Shown here one piece after another: positions 54,801 through 64,000 of a DNA stretch of 64,000 nt. The translations under genes were made by a program, and so were the position numbers. Source of the stretch: a virus; the IMG/VR virus record IMGVR_UViG_3300027969_000058, positions 32,001 to 96,000 of that record, one strand, 5' to 3'. The notes below the pieces were generated by a model, which worked only from the letters and a program-made list of their open reading frames with translations, was not told the origin of the DNA and made no database searches. The stretch's first letter is position 1; each line of letters starts with the position of its first letter.

Positions 54801-57800
54801 CTTGACATAGAAGATATCGCCTGGCTTGTAATAAGTCAGGAACAGACTGTCATCAGATCCTTTAACAACTGCACTACCGTTGGTAACTGCAACAGTACCA
54901 ATAGATGTGATCATACCATTTACTGTACTGCTGGTAAAGATGTGTGTACTTGTTGCCTGCGCACTCCAAGTTATGTCAATACCTGTACCGTTATTATAAT
55001 TGGCTATACTGCTGGCCAGTTTAATATAAGTTTCGTCTGCTAAGATTACATAGTATGTACTACCATTAGAGAAACCAGTAAAATCAGCGTTTCCGTTGTT
55101 ACTGTAAACAATTGGAGTACCAGCCGCCAAATAATGGCCGCCTGGAAACTTGAAAAAGTTGTTGGTATCTTGACTGAGTTTGACCAGCGATAGTGATTTC
55201 TTACCGGCTTTGAAAGCAAGGCCAAAGTCAAACGTATTTGAACTGGTTATTGCTGTCGCAGTATACACTCCGTCTAACGCACCAAACTGGTTGGTAACGT
55301 CCAACATTGCTATTGCGGCAGGGTCAGTATTGGTGTCAATTGTGCCGGCCATTGCACCTGCATGATTTGCACACACATAGTATAGTATATCAGGCGCATT
55401 AGTAGGAACTGCAAAAATCACTGTGCCACCTTGAGTACCGTTGTTGGTCACACCTGTAGCATAGGCGTCTGCTGTGCCTGATGTCTTTAGTGTTTTAATA
55501 TAGAATGGGTGGCCTGTTGCTGCCACTGTAAATGAATAGGTATAACCTTTCTTCAAATACAGTGTGGGATTAACCGTAGTTCCATGATTGATTACCCAGT
55601 TAGTACTTCCGTTGTTAGTAACCGTAAATGCTGACTGTCCTTGTGGGCCAGAAGTGCCTGTATCAGTAATGTCAATTTCAACGCCGGCTGTGGAATTTAA
55701 ACTAAATCTGTTTTCATCAACAACTTTTGCTTTATAATTCTGTCCAGATACCAATGATGGCAATGTCCAACCTGTGGCCAATGTGTCCATAATTTTCTTA
55801 TCTAAGTTTAATAGATACGTTGCATTGACTGTGATTGATGATGGAACACGAATCAAGAAACTCACAGTGATCATGTTGTAGCTAAAGTTGTACAAAAACG
55901 CATAGTATGTACTGTATGATGAAGTTTGACTATAGTATCCATATGGATCCCATGACTCTTTTCGTATCTTCATCTGTACATAGATAATTTGATCACGGCC
56001 GGCCTGTTGCCAGTATTGTGCAATACGTGTGTATCTCCAATCAGTTAACGTAGCAGTAGTAGTTGTATAGAACGGAGGTGTAGTGTTAATGTTGACCTGA
56101 TCAATACTATAACTGTACGATGAACTGTGGTTCATGTAGAAATACGTTTCAGCATATCTGTTTAAAGGATGCGCATGTAGTACAAGATAGTAGTCAATTT
56201 GTTTATCTTTTACATAGGTAGGCATGATAATGATATGACCTGAACTGGCCACGGATGTACCTCTACCAAAATCTTCTGCCTGCCCAGTATCCCATGGATG
56301 TCCTGGTGCATAACTTGGGTACCAGTAACCGTACTGATTATCATAAACACGACTGTAAAAACTCCAACCACCTTGGAAGTTGGTAATATCACTGGCAGCA
56401 CCGTATAAGAATGGCTGGCTGTTATTTGGTCCGTCCATGAACAGTTTGGCCGTTGAGCCTTGTGTGCTCAACCATGCGGCAATGCCTGACCCTATGATCT
56501 TATAGAATGTTTCAAAGTTAGTATTGCTACCAGTAAAACTAATTGCGCCCGAGGTAGTTGTTGGCAATACCGCACCGTTGTCTGCGGTAACGGTCAATTG
56601 ATTATCATCTACCAAGCCGTGTTTAGAAACATAGAAAGTGTTTCTTGTCAATCTATTTCTTGAACCAGCAAATGTGTAACTGCCGTTGGCAGCAGAAATT
56701 CTAACAGGAGTAGTGCCAGTTCTAATTCTAAATCTGGAGGCACTTACACGTTCAATGGTATAAGTTCCACCGGCCAATGTACTTGGTGTAAAGGAAGTAG
56801 AAAAATCACCTGCACCGTGTGTATAATAATAAATTGGTAATCCACTTGTGCTTAATGTTATGCTTTGTCCTGTGATAAATCCATGATTGGCGGCATAAAA
56901 ACTGTCATTTTCTGGATCGTCGTTCAATGGTACAAAGAACATCTCACCTCTGGAGAAGTACCAACTTGAGTTGAATGTATAGTAGTAGTGGTTGTTATAG
57001 TGAAGGATCTGCGTTTGGTTCCAAATCAACACGTTGTTTGATGCTGGTGACTTAAAGTTGTTGTTAGATGAATAACGTGTCCAATCTTCAACAAAGTTAT
57101 GACTCTTTGGATATGTAGTATGCGGATCAGTACCCATGTTACCACTGTAGGTAGTTGAGTAATAGACACCATAGTTGTAGAATAGGTAGTTATAGGCATT
57201 AACGAAGCCGTTGTTTGTGCCTTTAAAGTAGGGAACAAAATAATCTGGTGCACGGCCCATCAAACCAACATAGCCGCCTGAACCTGAGTAGGCGCTTTTA
57301 TAGAATGCTTGAGTCTGTAAGTCCCAACCTGAACCTGAACCATAGGCAGCAGAAGCAAAGGTAAAGTAGGCAGTGTTATCCCAGAATGGAGAGTAACTAC
57401 TGTAGATTTCATAGGCAATCATAAACTCGCCACGACCGCCGTTGTAGGTGCCTGCGTTTGAGAATACTATGGGTATGCCGGAGGTGGAACTTTTCAACTG
57501 GAACGTGTTGGCAGTGGGGTTAGTAACAAAGTAAAATTCTAAGTTGACTAACGGAGTGATTGGGCCATCAACGCCGGCTGGTTTGCTGTACAACAGTACA
57601 TCGTTTTCTCTCAGTTGGTGATTAACCCAAGTAATGGTACTGGAAGCCACTGACACTGCACTGGCATTGAATTTTAAATAATAGGCACCTTGAACTGCTC
57701 TGGTTTCTGTCAGTGTTAGATCAGGACTGATTGTGGCACTTTCAGTGTCTGTAAAATCTACATAAGGAAAGCCGTCAGGTGCAGTAGTGCCACCAGTTAC

Positions 57801-58649
57801 AGTGATAGTCAACTGTTTCGGTGACACACTGTTGATCAAATAGAAGTTTGATCCTACTGAAAATCCGTGATCTGTAGGAGTCGACACTGTCAATGTACTT
57901 GGATTAAGCGCATTGGTACTAATACCGTTTGTGCTTACATAGGTAACATCACTACCTGCATAGAACTGTCCAGGTAAAATGGTCGTATATGGTGTTTTAA
58001 CGTTGGCTGAGGTGGATTGTACTGCACGAGCCTTATAGGTAAAAGTCAATGTATCTAACACACTGTTGACCAGGTATTTGCCTTCTGCTGTCAACGTACT
58101 TAGTCCACCTACGTCAATAGGGCTACCCTTGGCCAATCTGTGAGGATCAGATACTACCACAGTAATCAAGTTACTGTTGGCCAGTGTAGTGACTCGAGTA
58201 ATACCAATCAGTGTACTGTCTGCACTTTTGCCAAAGAAACTGGGGATGTTATTTGAAAGTTCAACTGTTTCCCACTTGGCAGTTTGTAAGCCATATTCAA
58301 AGTCAGTGTCAATCAAGTTCTCTGGAGCACTGATACGATATTTATTTACAGGATCAACAAATGATTCTTCTGGTCTGGTAGTGCCGTGGTCTTCTTCATA
58401 GAACGCTTGAATCTTATCCGTAGCACTCATCAAAGCACAATCATAGTCAAGAACGATTGTGGTCTTTCTTGTTTGTGTGTTTATCGAATGAGACAGGATA
58501 CCATTTACCGTGTCGTTAAAGGTAAACATGGTAACACCCGCTGTTACATTGGTTATCAATAACAATCGCTCTTGGTCGACTATACCATCTAACACTATGG
58601 TGTCAGTGCTGGGTGTAAATACGTAATTATGTGCTAATTTTTTTGACAT
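51867..58649 (-). CDS. Large (2260 aa) multidomain virion protein with a cupredoxin-like domain and two phycobiliprotein-like CxRD motifs
   Basis: Repeated H(G)(L/F)..G beta modules; HPFYI...YYVCANHAGAM; KCERDIGYIVD and AKCTRDIKYAVR...GG. Confidence 0.85.
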   Translation of the reverse strand: MSKKLAHNYVFTPSTDTIVLDGIVDQERLLLITNVTAGVTMFTFNDTVNGILSHSINTQTRKTTIVLDYDCALMSATDKIQAFYEEDHGTTRPEESFVDPVNKYRISAPENLIDTDFEYGLQTAKWETVELSNNIPSFFGKSADSTLIGITRVTTLANSNLITVVVSDPHRLAKGSPIDVGGLSTLTAEGKYLVNSVLDTLTFTYKARAVQSTSANVKTPYTTILPGQFYAGSDVTYVSTNGISTNALNPSTLTVSTPTDHGFSVGSNFYLINSVSPKQLTITVTGGTTAPDGFPYVDFTDTESATISPDLTLTETRAVQGAYYLKFNASAVSVASSTITWVNHQLRENDVLLYSKPAGVDGPITPLVNLEFYFVTNPTANTFQLKSSTSGIPIVFSNAGTYNGGRGEFMIAYEIYSSYSPFWDNTAYFTFASAAYGSGSGWDLQTQAFYKSAYSGSGGYVGLMGRAPDYFVPYFKGTNNGFVNAYNYLFYNYGVYYSTTYSGNMGTDPHTTYPKSHNFVEDWTRYSSNNNFKSPASNNVLIWNQTQILHYNNHYYYTFNSSWYFSRGEMFFVPLNDDPENDSFYAANHGFITGQSITLSTSGLPIYYYTHGAGDFSTSFTPSTLAGGTYTIERVSASRFRIRTGTTPVRISAANGSYTFAGSRNRLTRNTFYVSKHGLVDDNQLTVTADNGAVLPTTTSGAISFTGSNTNFETFYKIIGSGIAAWLSTQGSTAKLFMDGPNNSQPFLYGAASDITNFQGGWSFYSRVYDNQYGYWYPSYAPGHPWDTGQAEDFGRGTSVASSGHIIIMPTYVKDKQIDYYLVLHAHPLNRYAETYFYMNHSSSYSYSIDQVNINTTPPFYTTTTATLTDWRYTRIAQYWQQAGRDQIIYVQMKIRKESWDPYGYYSQTSSYSTYYAFLYNFSYNMITVSFLIRVPSSITVNATYLLNLDKKIMDTLATGWTLPSLVSGQNYKAKVVDENRFSLNSTAGVEIDITDTGTSGPQGQSAFTVTNNGSTNWVINHGTTVNPTLYLKKGYTYSFTVAATGHPFYIKTLKTSGTADAYATGVTNNGTQGGTVIFAVPTNAPDILYYVCANHAGAMAGTIDTNTDPAAIAMLDVTNQFGALDGVYTATAITSSNTFDFGLAFKAGKKSLSLVKLSQDTNNFFKFPGGHYLAAGTPIVYSNNGNADFTGFSNGSTYYVILADETYIKLASSIANYNNGTGIDITWSAQATSTHIFTSSTVNGMITSIGTVAVTNGSAVVKGSDDSLFLTYYKPGDIFYVKNNNSTPGSLLPFTISSVVSDTSLALTTPCTFTAATTTHLIPTKVYVRPDGATNHRPFDGGVEIQAGTAPNSQIVRQTRKYFRYQSGKGIQISLAINFNPPIPVETMAAITDVKCERDIGYIVDGAQYDIATGSTYFGVFNGIAETNSKFLSPVVTARILRAKAEILALTQVAADATAISRINAYFTEITTCLTNGRTAASNPTFANPSTATTSQIAAKDKLLANLTFIEDEINAYVAVTYPSADHNVAKCTRDIKYAVRALCFDILYGGNFANYTQAKFFDYALGNGDGSTTGIAASHKVATVAAYNRLKVIVGQIVQGASVTRSAGNVTAQVTTGNNASSGDATIVQNLVQLTTDVVNLGVTAGLASYTRTAPTYAWATAGIQAAATAIGAAKTALSVTKAALITTKYPHGIPAGSRITVSGSSAGEYNGSQTVCQVFDAFSFQYSLANIPTTISPGGTIQFTIDGWQNAETRCGMFDFQNGFYFAFDGQVLYAVRRNSTNQLSGTVTCSKDSNIVLGTNTNFVGQVAAGDRVVLRGQTYKVIAITGKDNMIIQPKYKGASASGVIVTKTFDLKIPQSQWNIDICDGNGPSNFLLDKTKIQMAYMDYSWYGAGKIRFGFKDTYGHVIYVHEFIHNNKETEAYMRSGNIPARYEVENTGVATYQPKLFHWGTSVIMDGRFDDDKAYLFTAASDTLTFTNGQTATATTNQASSLIYVYNQTKRNYDWFVQLSFATSDAAKFSTGTPLYTADNQLKGQTVNQAQYSGSNYLVRIYYATQNSFPTGYPVVGSGVVVNIGTPAAGDTAGLLFSDIPLISIRLSPSVDNGVTGNIGERDIINRMQLQLQQAGMVLTHDCEINLILNPSLSNINWQKVTSPSLSNLVNHTVGDTVVGGTKIFSFRAQGGGQSGGVGTKRLNNVTNVDLSQITDMGNCILGGDGVFPNGPDVLTLAIKVINTSEVNATVPFNCSARITWSESQA

Positions 58650-58655
58650 TGTTGT

Positions 58656-59021
58656 TTAACCTCCGAGGGCGATAGCAAGGGCAGTGGCTGCCGTTGAACC
58701 TCTATCGTACTCGATTAAAGACTCGCTGTTGATTGTGATAAAAATTTGTTTGTTGCCTGCGCCAAAGTTAGTCAATTGATTACTGTTGGAACTTGCAACG
58801 ACCTTGAGCCTCACTATAGAATTGGTAGCGGTGACATAGTAGCCGACACCAGTTTCCCATTCGGTAGTTCCTGGATTGGTTATAGCATAGTCGAATTGAC
58901 TGCCATTGACGCATACTGCTGAAAATGGAAGGAATCCACTACCGGATCCGACTAATGCCACTGTTCCCGTGCCTGTGGTTAAGAAAACTTCCTTAACCCT
59001 ATCTGAGCGAAGTTTTGCCAT
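58656..59021 (-). CDS. Virion/tail-associated protein
   Basis: DRVKE...TTGTG...WETGVG...; ends ALAIALGG. Confidence 0.75.
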   Translation of the reverse strand: MAKLRSDRVKEVFLTTGTGTVALVGSGSGFLPFSAVCVNGSQFDYAITNPGTTEWETGVGYYVTATNSIVRLKVVASSNSNQLTNFGAGNKQIFITINSESLIEYDRGSTAATALAIALGG

Positions 59022-59037
59022 TTCATTGACTCCTTAA

Positions 59038-59442
59038 TTAAGGATTGTTCAATGTAATTGTCAAAGTGATTCTTATCTCGTCACCGTTGTTAGCAATGTT
59101 AATTGGAGCATTACTGAATCTATTGGCAAACATCAACGCACCTGTGGTCTTCTGTGTTACGTAGTAACCATAAATGTTACCAGCGGCACCACTGAAACCA
59201 AATGTCTGTTGTGGGTAAGCGGCAGTTGATGGGTCACCATCTGTGAATACGAAGGTTGCTGGTAACAGTTCAATTGAAGCGTAACCATTACCTGATACTT
59301 CAGTATAGTCGCCTGCGATGTCTGTCTTAGCAGGTGTTTGGTCATCGCTATAAAGACGCAACACCAAATTCTCACCTGCGGTCTTGTTTAAAAATGCTTT
59401 TAGTGCAACTGTTTCAGCTGCGTTTGTGAATACTACGGCCAT
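59038..59442 (-). CDS. Virion/tail-associated protein
   Basis: LRLY.....P...D....YTE..G.GY, IYGYYV pattern. Confidence 0.75.
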   Translation of the reverse strand: MAVVFTNAAETVALKAFLNKTAGENLVLRLYSDDQTPAKTDIAGDYTEVSGNGYASIELLPATFVFTDGDPSTAAYPQQTFGFSGAAGNIYGYYVTQKTTGALMFANRFSNAPINIANNGDEIRITLTITLNNP

Positions 59443-59482
59443 GTTTTTGTTCCTTTAATGAAAGAGAATTCTCTATTCTTAT

Positions 59483-60364
59483 TTATACAAAAGAGTAGGT
59501 AAATTCCACTGACAGTCCCGAACCTCTGTTCTGGGCTCCAACTGTATTTATGTCCACAGTCAAGTAGTCGTCCGAAACCATAGAAATATCCACAACTTCA
59601 ACTTTCTTAACTGTGTTTTGGGCTATTAAAATAGTTTTAACAGCCACTCCTGTTTTTCTAATAACCACTGTAACTGTGTCATCAGCAACACTTGCGAGCC
59701 TTGTTATAATTTTATTAACTTTGATATTTGCGGGATTATGCCATCGTATTTGGCCTGTGGTTAGGGATAATTCCCCATCTTGATAGAGTATTACTGATTT
59801 ATCTTCTGCTGTTATTTTGATAGATTTTGGATCAGAACTTATATCTGTTGTGATCTTAATTCCCGAACCTGCTACAAATCGAATAGTATCCAGTCCGTTG
59901 GCAACAAGGTCTTGCTGGCCATCTACTTTCCAGTATTTGAAAGTAGAATTCATTCCCACTTTAACTGCGCCGTCACCCAGGTCAGTGATGTCAAAGCCGG
60001 CTTCGGTGTCAAACCTAATGGCTGTGATGTTATTAATAGTTCCGCTTACAATGTTGGCGCCGTCAATTACACTGACAGATAGTGGGTTTGCCACCACACC
60101 CGAAAGGTCTGCACTGATAACTCCGTTGACAATCTTAATGGTAGAGCCATCAATCTTAACACCACCCTTAGTGGTTGTACTGGCAGTGGGCAGTATGTAA
60201 CCGCCTGTGCCACCAGAACCTAAATGGATACCTCCAGGAGTTACACCATCACTTAGTCTAAAGTCTCCAGTTTCTATATCAAAGAATAAATTGCCTGATT
60301 GTCCGACAAATTCTTCAATGTCAATCTTGGTTAAACCCGCTTGTATTTTACGTAAAAATGCCAT
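59483..60364 (-). CDS. Tail-fibre-like protein
   Basis: N-terminal FVG..G.LFFD....LSDGVTPGG and LPTASTTTKGGVKID repeat. Confidence 0.75.
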   Translation of the reverse strand: MAFLRKIQAGLTKIDIEEFVGQSGNLFFDIETGDFRLSDGVTPGGIHLGSGGTGGYILPTASTTTKGGVKIDGSTIKIVNGVISADLSGVVANPLSVSVIDGANIVSGTINNITAIRFDTEAGFDITDLGDGAVKVGMNSTFKYWKVDGQQDLVANGLDTIRFVAGSGIKITTDISSDPKSIKITAEDKSVILYQDGELSLTTGQIRWHNPANIKVNKIITRLASVADDTVTVVIRKTGVAVKTILIAQNTVKKVEVVDISMVSDDYLTVDINTVGAQNRGSGLSVEFTYSFV

Positions 60365-60383
60365 TATCGCTCCTGGCTTTTAA

Positions 60384-60641
60384 TTATCTAAACATAGGGT
60401 TTTGTTTTTCTTCAGGTTCAGTTTCGTCTTGTGTTAAATTGTTAATAACAGGACTTACTTTGCCTGCTTCTGCTTTTTTAAGCTCTACATCTTGTTGTAG
60501 CGGAGGAACCATTACAGGATCAGGGTCTAACTCTGACGGATCTTTTGGATCATCTGCGCCTGGCATGTCGATTTCTGGATCGCCATCTCCATTGATTTTA
60601 ATTGTAATTGGTACGTTGATTGTAAATTCACGGGCTCGCAT
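60384..60641 (-). CDS. Small acidic protein (MRAREF...)
   Basis: MVPPLQQDVELKK; TAAATA and GAGG upstream. Confidence 0.7.
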   Translation of the reverse strand: MRAREFTINVPITIKINGDGDPEIDMPGADDPKDPSELDPDPVMVPPLQQDVELKKAEAGKVSPVINNLTQDETEPEEKQNPMFR

Positions 60642-60660
60642 ATATTTTATCCTCTACCAA

Positions 60661-60675
60661 TATTTATCTTAAATA
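60661..60675. promoter_or_regulatory. Back-to-back divergent late-type TAAATA boxes
   Basis: TATTTA (60661-66, minus strand) and TAAATA (60670-75, plus strand). Confidence 0.6.
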
Positions 60676-60682
60676 ACAGACT

Positions 60683-61882
60683 ATGATAGATAAACAACCA
60701 TTCGAAGCATTACTAAAAAACCTTAAAGATTCTGGCAAGTATCGTGTGTTTAACGATATTATGCGTGAAAACGGCAAGTTCCCCCAGGCCATATGGTATG
60801 GGCCATACGCTATAAAGAACATTGTAAACTGGTGCTCAAACGATTACTTGGGCATGGGTCAGCATAAGGTTGTTATAGATGCTATGCGTACAGCATTGGA
60901 CATGACAGGTGCTGGCTCAGGCGGTACTCGCAACATTGCAGGTACCAGTCACTATCACGTTGCGTTAGAACACGAGCTTGCAACACTGCATAAGAAAGAA
61001 CGGGCATTGTTATTCTCAAGTGCTTATGTGGCCAACGAGTGGACACTGATAGCACTGGCTAAGATCATTCCCAATATAGAATATATCAGCGACAGTAATA
61101 ATCACAACTCAATCATTGTGGGCATACAGCACAGTCGTGCAAAGAAAAGTATATTCAAACATAACGATATGCAGATGTTAGAGGAACTGTTGGAAGTCAG
61201 TGTGGCTGCAGGTAATAAACCCTGCATTGTATTTGAGTCAGTATACTCAATGGATGGCGATGTGGGCATGATCAAAGAGATATGTGACCTTGCTGATAAG
61301 TATGGTGCTATGACCTACATTGATGAAGTACATGCTGTGGGCCTGTATGGGGCAACAGGTGCAGGCAAAGTTGAGGAGTACGGGCTACAGGATCGTGTTG
61401 ACATAGTTAACGGTACACTTGGTAAAGCATTTGGAGTACAGGGCGGATACATTGCCTGTGACAGTATCGTAGCTGATGCTATCCGTAGTATTGCCGCTGG
61501 CTTTATCTTTACAACATCTATGAGTCCTGTAACCTGTGCTGGCGCACTGGCTGCTGTTAAGTACTTAAAAAGTCATGGTGAGCTACGTGAGCAACATCAA
61601 GACCGTGCCCGCAAGTTAAAATATAGATTGATCAAAGCTGGCATACCCGTTATGGCGTGTAGTACTACACACATTGTACCTGTGCTGGTTGGGGATGCTA
61701 AACGTGCCAAAGCAATGAGCGATGCATTGATTAACGATCACAACATCTATGTGCAGGCCATCAACTATCCCACAGTGGATGTGGGAACGGAGAGGTTGCG
61801 ATTTGCTCCCACTCCGTTTCACGATGATGGTATGATCGAAGACTTGGTTCAAGCCCTCGTCAAAGTGTTTAACACATACTGA
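60683..61882 (+). CDS. hemA: 5-aminolevulinate synthase (C4 pathway, PLP-dependent)
   Basis: [61 protein letters not shown]. Confidence 0.95.
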   Translation: MIDKQPFEALLKNLKDSGKYRVFNDIMRENGKFPQAIWYGPYAIKNIVNWCSNDYLGMGQHKVVIDAMRTALDMTGAGSGGTRNIAGTSHYHVALEHELATLHKKERALLFSSAYVANEWTLIALAKIIPNIEYISDSNNHNSIIVGIQHSRAKKSIFKHNDMQMLEELLEVSVAAGNKPCIVFESVYSMDGDVGMIKEICDLADKYGAMTYIDEVHAVGLYGATGAGKVEEYGLQDRVDIVNGTLGKAFGVQGGYIACDSIVADAIRSIAAGFIFTTSMSPVTCAGALAAVKYLKSHGELREQHQDRARKLKYRLIKAGIPVMACSTTHIVPVLVGDAKRAKAMSDALINDHNIYVQAINYPTVDVGTERLRFAPTPFHDDGMIEDLVQALVKVFNTY

Positions 61883-62102
61883 GAACTTGTGTAACACCAA
61901 ATACTAATGCAGCTCGTAACTGCAAGTCAGCGCCAGCAGATTCTAACTTCTCAGTGTTGATCAAGTCTTCAAGCAGGGCACGAGCTTCGTCTTGTGAAAC
62001 TTGTCCGTTCTGTAGAGCTTCTGCTATTTGTAGAGCATATTGAGCACGTTCAGCTGCCCAAGGTTGCCCACTGTTAATCACTTCATGCAGTACTGAGCTC
62101 AT
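61869..62102 (-). CDS. Hypothetical protein
   Basis: ATGA-coupled to the upstream ORF; start reassigned to MSSVL. Confidence 0.6.
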   Translation of the reverse strand: MSSVLHEVINSGQPWAAERAQYALQIAEALQNGQVSQDEARALLEDLINTEKLESAGADLQLRAALVFGVTQVLSMC

Positions 62103-62986
62103 AGTCCGCTCGCGCCCATTGTTGCCCACTCACGTGCGCCATTTGGTAATGTCTGCTCACAAGCCAACTGTGCTACCATTGTTGTAACAATACCTGCTAC
62201 AACCGCTGCACAACTTTGTGGGACGATCATAGCACCAGCCGCTACATCAAACGATTTTGCCAACGAGAATGCAATGGCAAACGTTAGAATTTGTTTATTA
62301 GATTCACCGATTGCTTTACGCACATCTGGAGCCATCCAAATCAATTCAACAAATGCTGCTGCTGTTAAATCACAGGCTGCACCTAATGCTACTGCACCTA
62401 CAGTTTCTTTAGCTGCCAAATACATAATAGCAGTAGCACTTAGTGGTGCTGTTGCTGCCACTGTAGTTGCTTGACTGCTTGGCTCTGGACGATATAACAA
62501 CGCGGCAAATACTGTACCTAATGCAATGCTAACACCGATCTGGCAGTAGTTGGCTTGCACCCACTCAGCCATCAACTCACCACCACGTGCGACACCATAT
62601 ACACCTGCACGAGCACCTTGCTCCATGGCTCTAATAGCCAACTTGCTACCTGCATCAATATCACCAAGAGCGGCATCAGCTACTTTAGCAGACCACATAC
62701 CATGACGGGTGTAACCAATTTTTGCTTGTCCGGCGGCACTAACTCCGATACCGTGAACTGAGTTGATCGAGTTTCTCGCAAACTGTTCAGCTTGACCAGT
62801 AAGATTACCAGCCCCATCAGTGATCTGTTGACCTGCAACATTAATTGCTTTAGGTGTTTCTCTGATTACAGTATTGATTACATTAGTAGTAGGTGCTACT
62901 ACTGCGTTGTTAACTGTGTTTACTGCGCTGTTAAATGTATTTGTCACAGCCGTGTAGCTACTTTTCTTAAACGGATTCCATCCCAT
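62099..62986 (-). CDS. Ala-rich protein with hydrophobic C-terminal half
   Basis: AAGGAG SD; several hydrophobic helices and Cys residues. Confidence 0.7.
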   Translation of the reverse strand: MGWNPFKKSSYTAVTNTFNSAVNTVNNAVVAPTTNVINTVIRETPKAINVAGQQITDGAGNLTGQAEQFARNSINSVHGIGVSAAGQAKIGYTRHGMWSAKVADAALGDIDAGSKLAIRAMEQGARAGVYGVARGGELMAEWVQANYCQIGVSIALGTVFAALLYRPEPSSQATTVAATAPLSATAIMYLAAKETVGAVALGAACDLTAAAFVELIWMAPDVRKAIGESNKQILTFAIAFSLAKSFDVAAGAMIVPQSCAAVVAGIVTTMVAQLACEQTLPNGAREWATMGASGL

Positions 62987-63004
62987 AATTTAACTCCTTA
63001 ATAA

Positions 63005-63724
63005 TTATTTGGATTTTTCTAACTTAGCAATGTAGTTGGCCATCATGTGATCAAACACACCAATATACTTTTGCCCTTTTGATCTGGCTCTCAATCTACT
63101 GCGAACCATATCTTTCACACGCTGCCACGGAGTTAGGTCTCTAAACTCTCCATGGAAGTTCATGTACTTGTGTGTGCCATGATGATCAAATCCCATTAGT
63201 CTAAATGGAACTTTGGTTACATCATCACAGTTGTTTTGTACTCTGTAATGCTCTATTGTTAAGCTCTTAACAAACTCTGCATTGCCAACTCTTGGCGAAC
63301 CAAATGTTACCAATGCTGTTACACGATCCTGCATACGACTGGCAGCGATTGTGGCCATGGCAGCACCAAGACTGTGTCCAGTTACATATACATTACCTGG
63401 ATTGTCTGCAAGTGCGGCAGTGATGCTGGGCCATAGTTTGTTTATTTCGCCTTTGAATCCTACGTGTACTTTGCCGCCACAGGCTTCAATGTTCTTACCT
63501 GACTTTAGGTCTGCCAACACATCTGACTTCTCAGTTACTTCAGTACCTCTAAATGACAGCACTGTAATAGTACCATTGGTTAACAAGTATGCCTGTGCTC
63601 CGTCTATGTCAAAGAACTCTACAATGGTATAGCCTAAGGCTTTAAACTTACTTTTAGAATCTTTGGGATTGTCATAGGTAGTTTGCGCTATGTTAGCAAA
63701 CTCTAATAGTAGTTCTGTTTTCAT
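63005..63724 (-). CDS. Class 3 lipase
   Basis: FRGTE, VHVGF, GHSLGAAMA, TFGSPRVG, DDVTKVP, terminal DH. Confidence 0.92.
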   Translation of the reverse strand: MKTELLLEFANIAQTTYDNPKDSKSKFKALGYTIVEFFDIDGAQAYLLTNGTITVLSFRGTEVTEKSDVLADLKSGKNIEACGGKVHVGFKGEINKLWPSITAALADNPGNVYVTGHSLGAAMATIAASRMQDRVTALVTFGSPRVGNAEFVKSLTIEHYRVQNNCDDVTKVPFRLMGFDHHGTHKYMNFHGEFRDLTPWQRVKDMVRSRLRARSKGQKYIGVFDHMMANYIAKLEKSK

Positions 63725-64000
63725 TAGAATCTTCCTTGTGTTGTTTTAGCCAGCACGTCAGCTTGCTGTTTAATAATCTTGATCTTTATATCGCAATACA
63801 TAGGACTAACTGGTCCTGTCTTTAGGCGATCCTGATACTCGTTAACAGTGTTTGTTATTGTACCAGTTAGCTTGGCAATATCCTTAGTGGGTTTAGTCTT
63901 AGCATAGGTATCAAACCACTCTACATTCAATGCTAATGATTTAAGCTGTTGGGCTTGATCACCTCGACAATCAAAGTGATTAGTCTGTACCTGGATGTCT
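63724..64000 (-). CDS. Partial hypothetical protein (start beyond the window)
   Basis: Frame of 63724..63930 stays open to the window edge. Confidence 0.6.
   Translation of the reverse strand, partial: DIQVQTNHFDCRGDQAQQLKSLALNVEWFDTYAKTKPTKDIAKLTGTITNTVNEYQDRLKTGPVSPMYCDIKIKIIKQQADVLAKTTQGRF

Noticed and set aside
1-64000. Bacterial chromosome origin or alternative genetic code
   Set aside because: Host-like genes are interleaved with PAAR/tail genes and T4-late boxes and lack their usual operon partners (no dnaJ/grpE, iscS, hscAB); known genes are full length in the standard code.

Overview
64 kb segment of a large, AT-rich, T4-like (myovirus-type) bacteriophage genome. Almost all genes lie on the minus strand. 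The left half is an auxiliary/host-takeover region: a permuted two-piece tmRNA with a tRNA nested in its intervening segment, an amino-acid transporter/binding protein/racemase cassette, pcyX-hemO-clpS, hsp20 and dnaK each behind a ROSE-like RNA thermometer, bS21, iscA/iscU, nrdAB, glutaredoxin and PAAR. The middle holds probable head-associated proteins, including two Pol-beta-type nucleotidyltransferases and a KxDG ligase-like protein. The right half has very large virion/tail genes (2956 and 2260 aa), an ALA synthase and a class-3 lipase. Two promoter classes are visible: near-consensus sigma70 (17-bp spacer) and a T4-late-like TAAATA box. The best candidates for new biology are: (1) a phage bilin pathway (ALAS + heme oxygenase + PcyX) co-occurring with phycobiliprotein-like CxRD chromophore motifs inside a virion protein, suggesting a bilin-decorated virion; (2) the tRNA-inside-tmRNA gene; (3) two identical A9G sites that each fuse a gene to its downstream ORF by a -1 shift; (4) a ROSE-type thermometer on dnaK; (5) a shared capsid-targeting-like N-terminus on nucleotidyltransferase/nuclease enzymes. 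All assignments come from reading motifs by eye; no database search was run.
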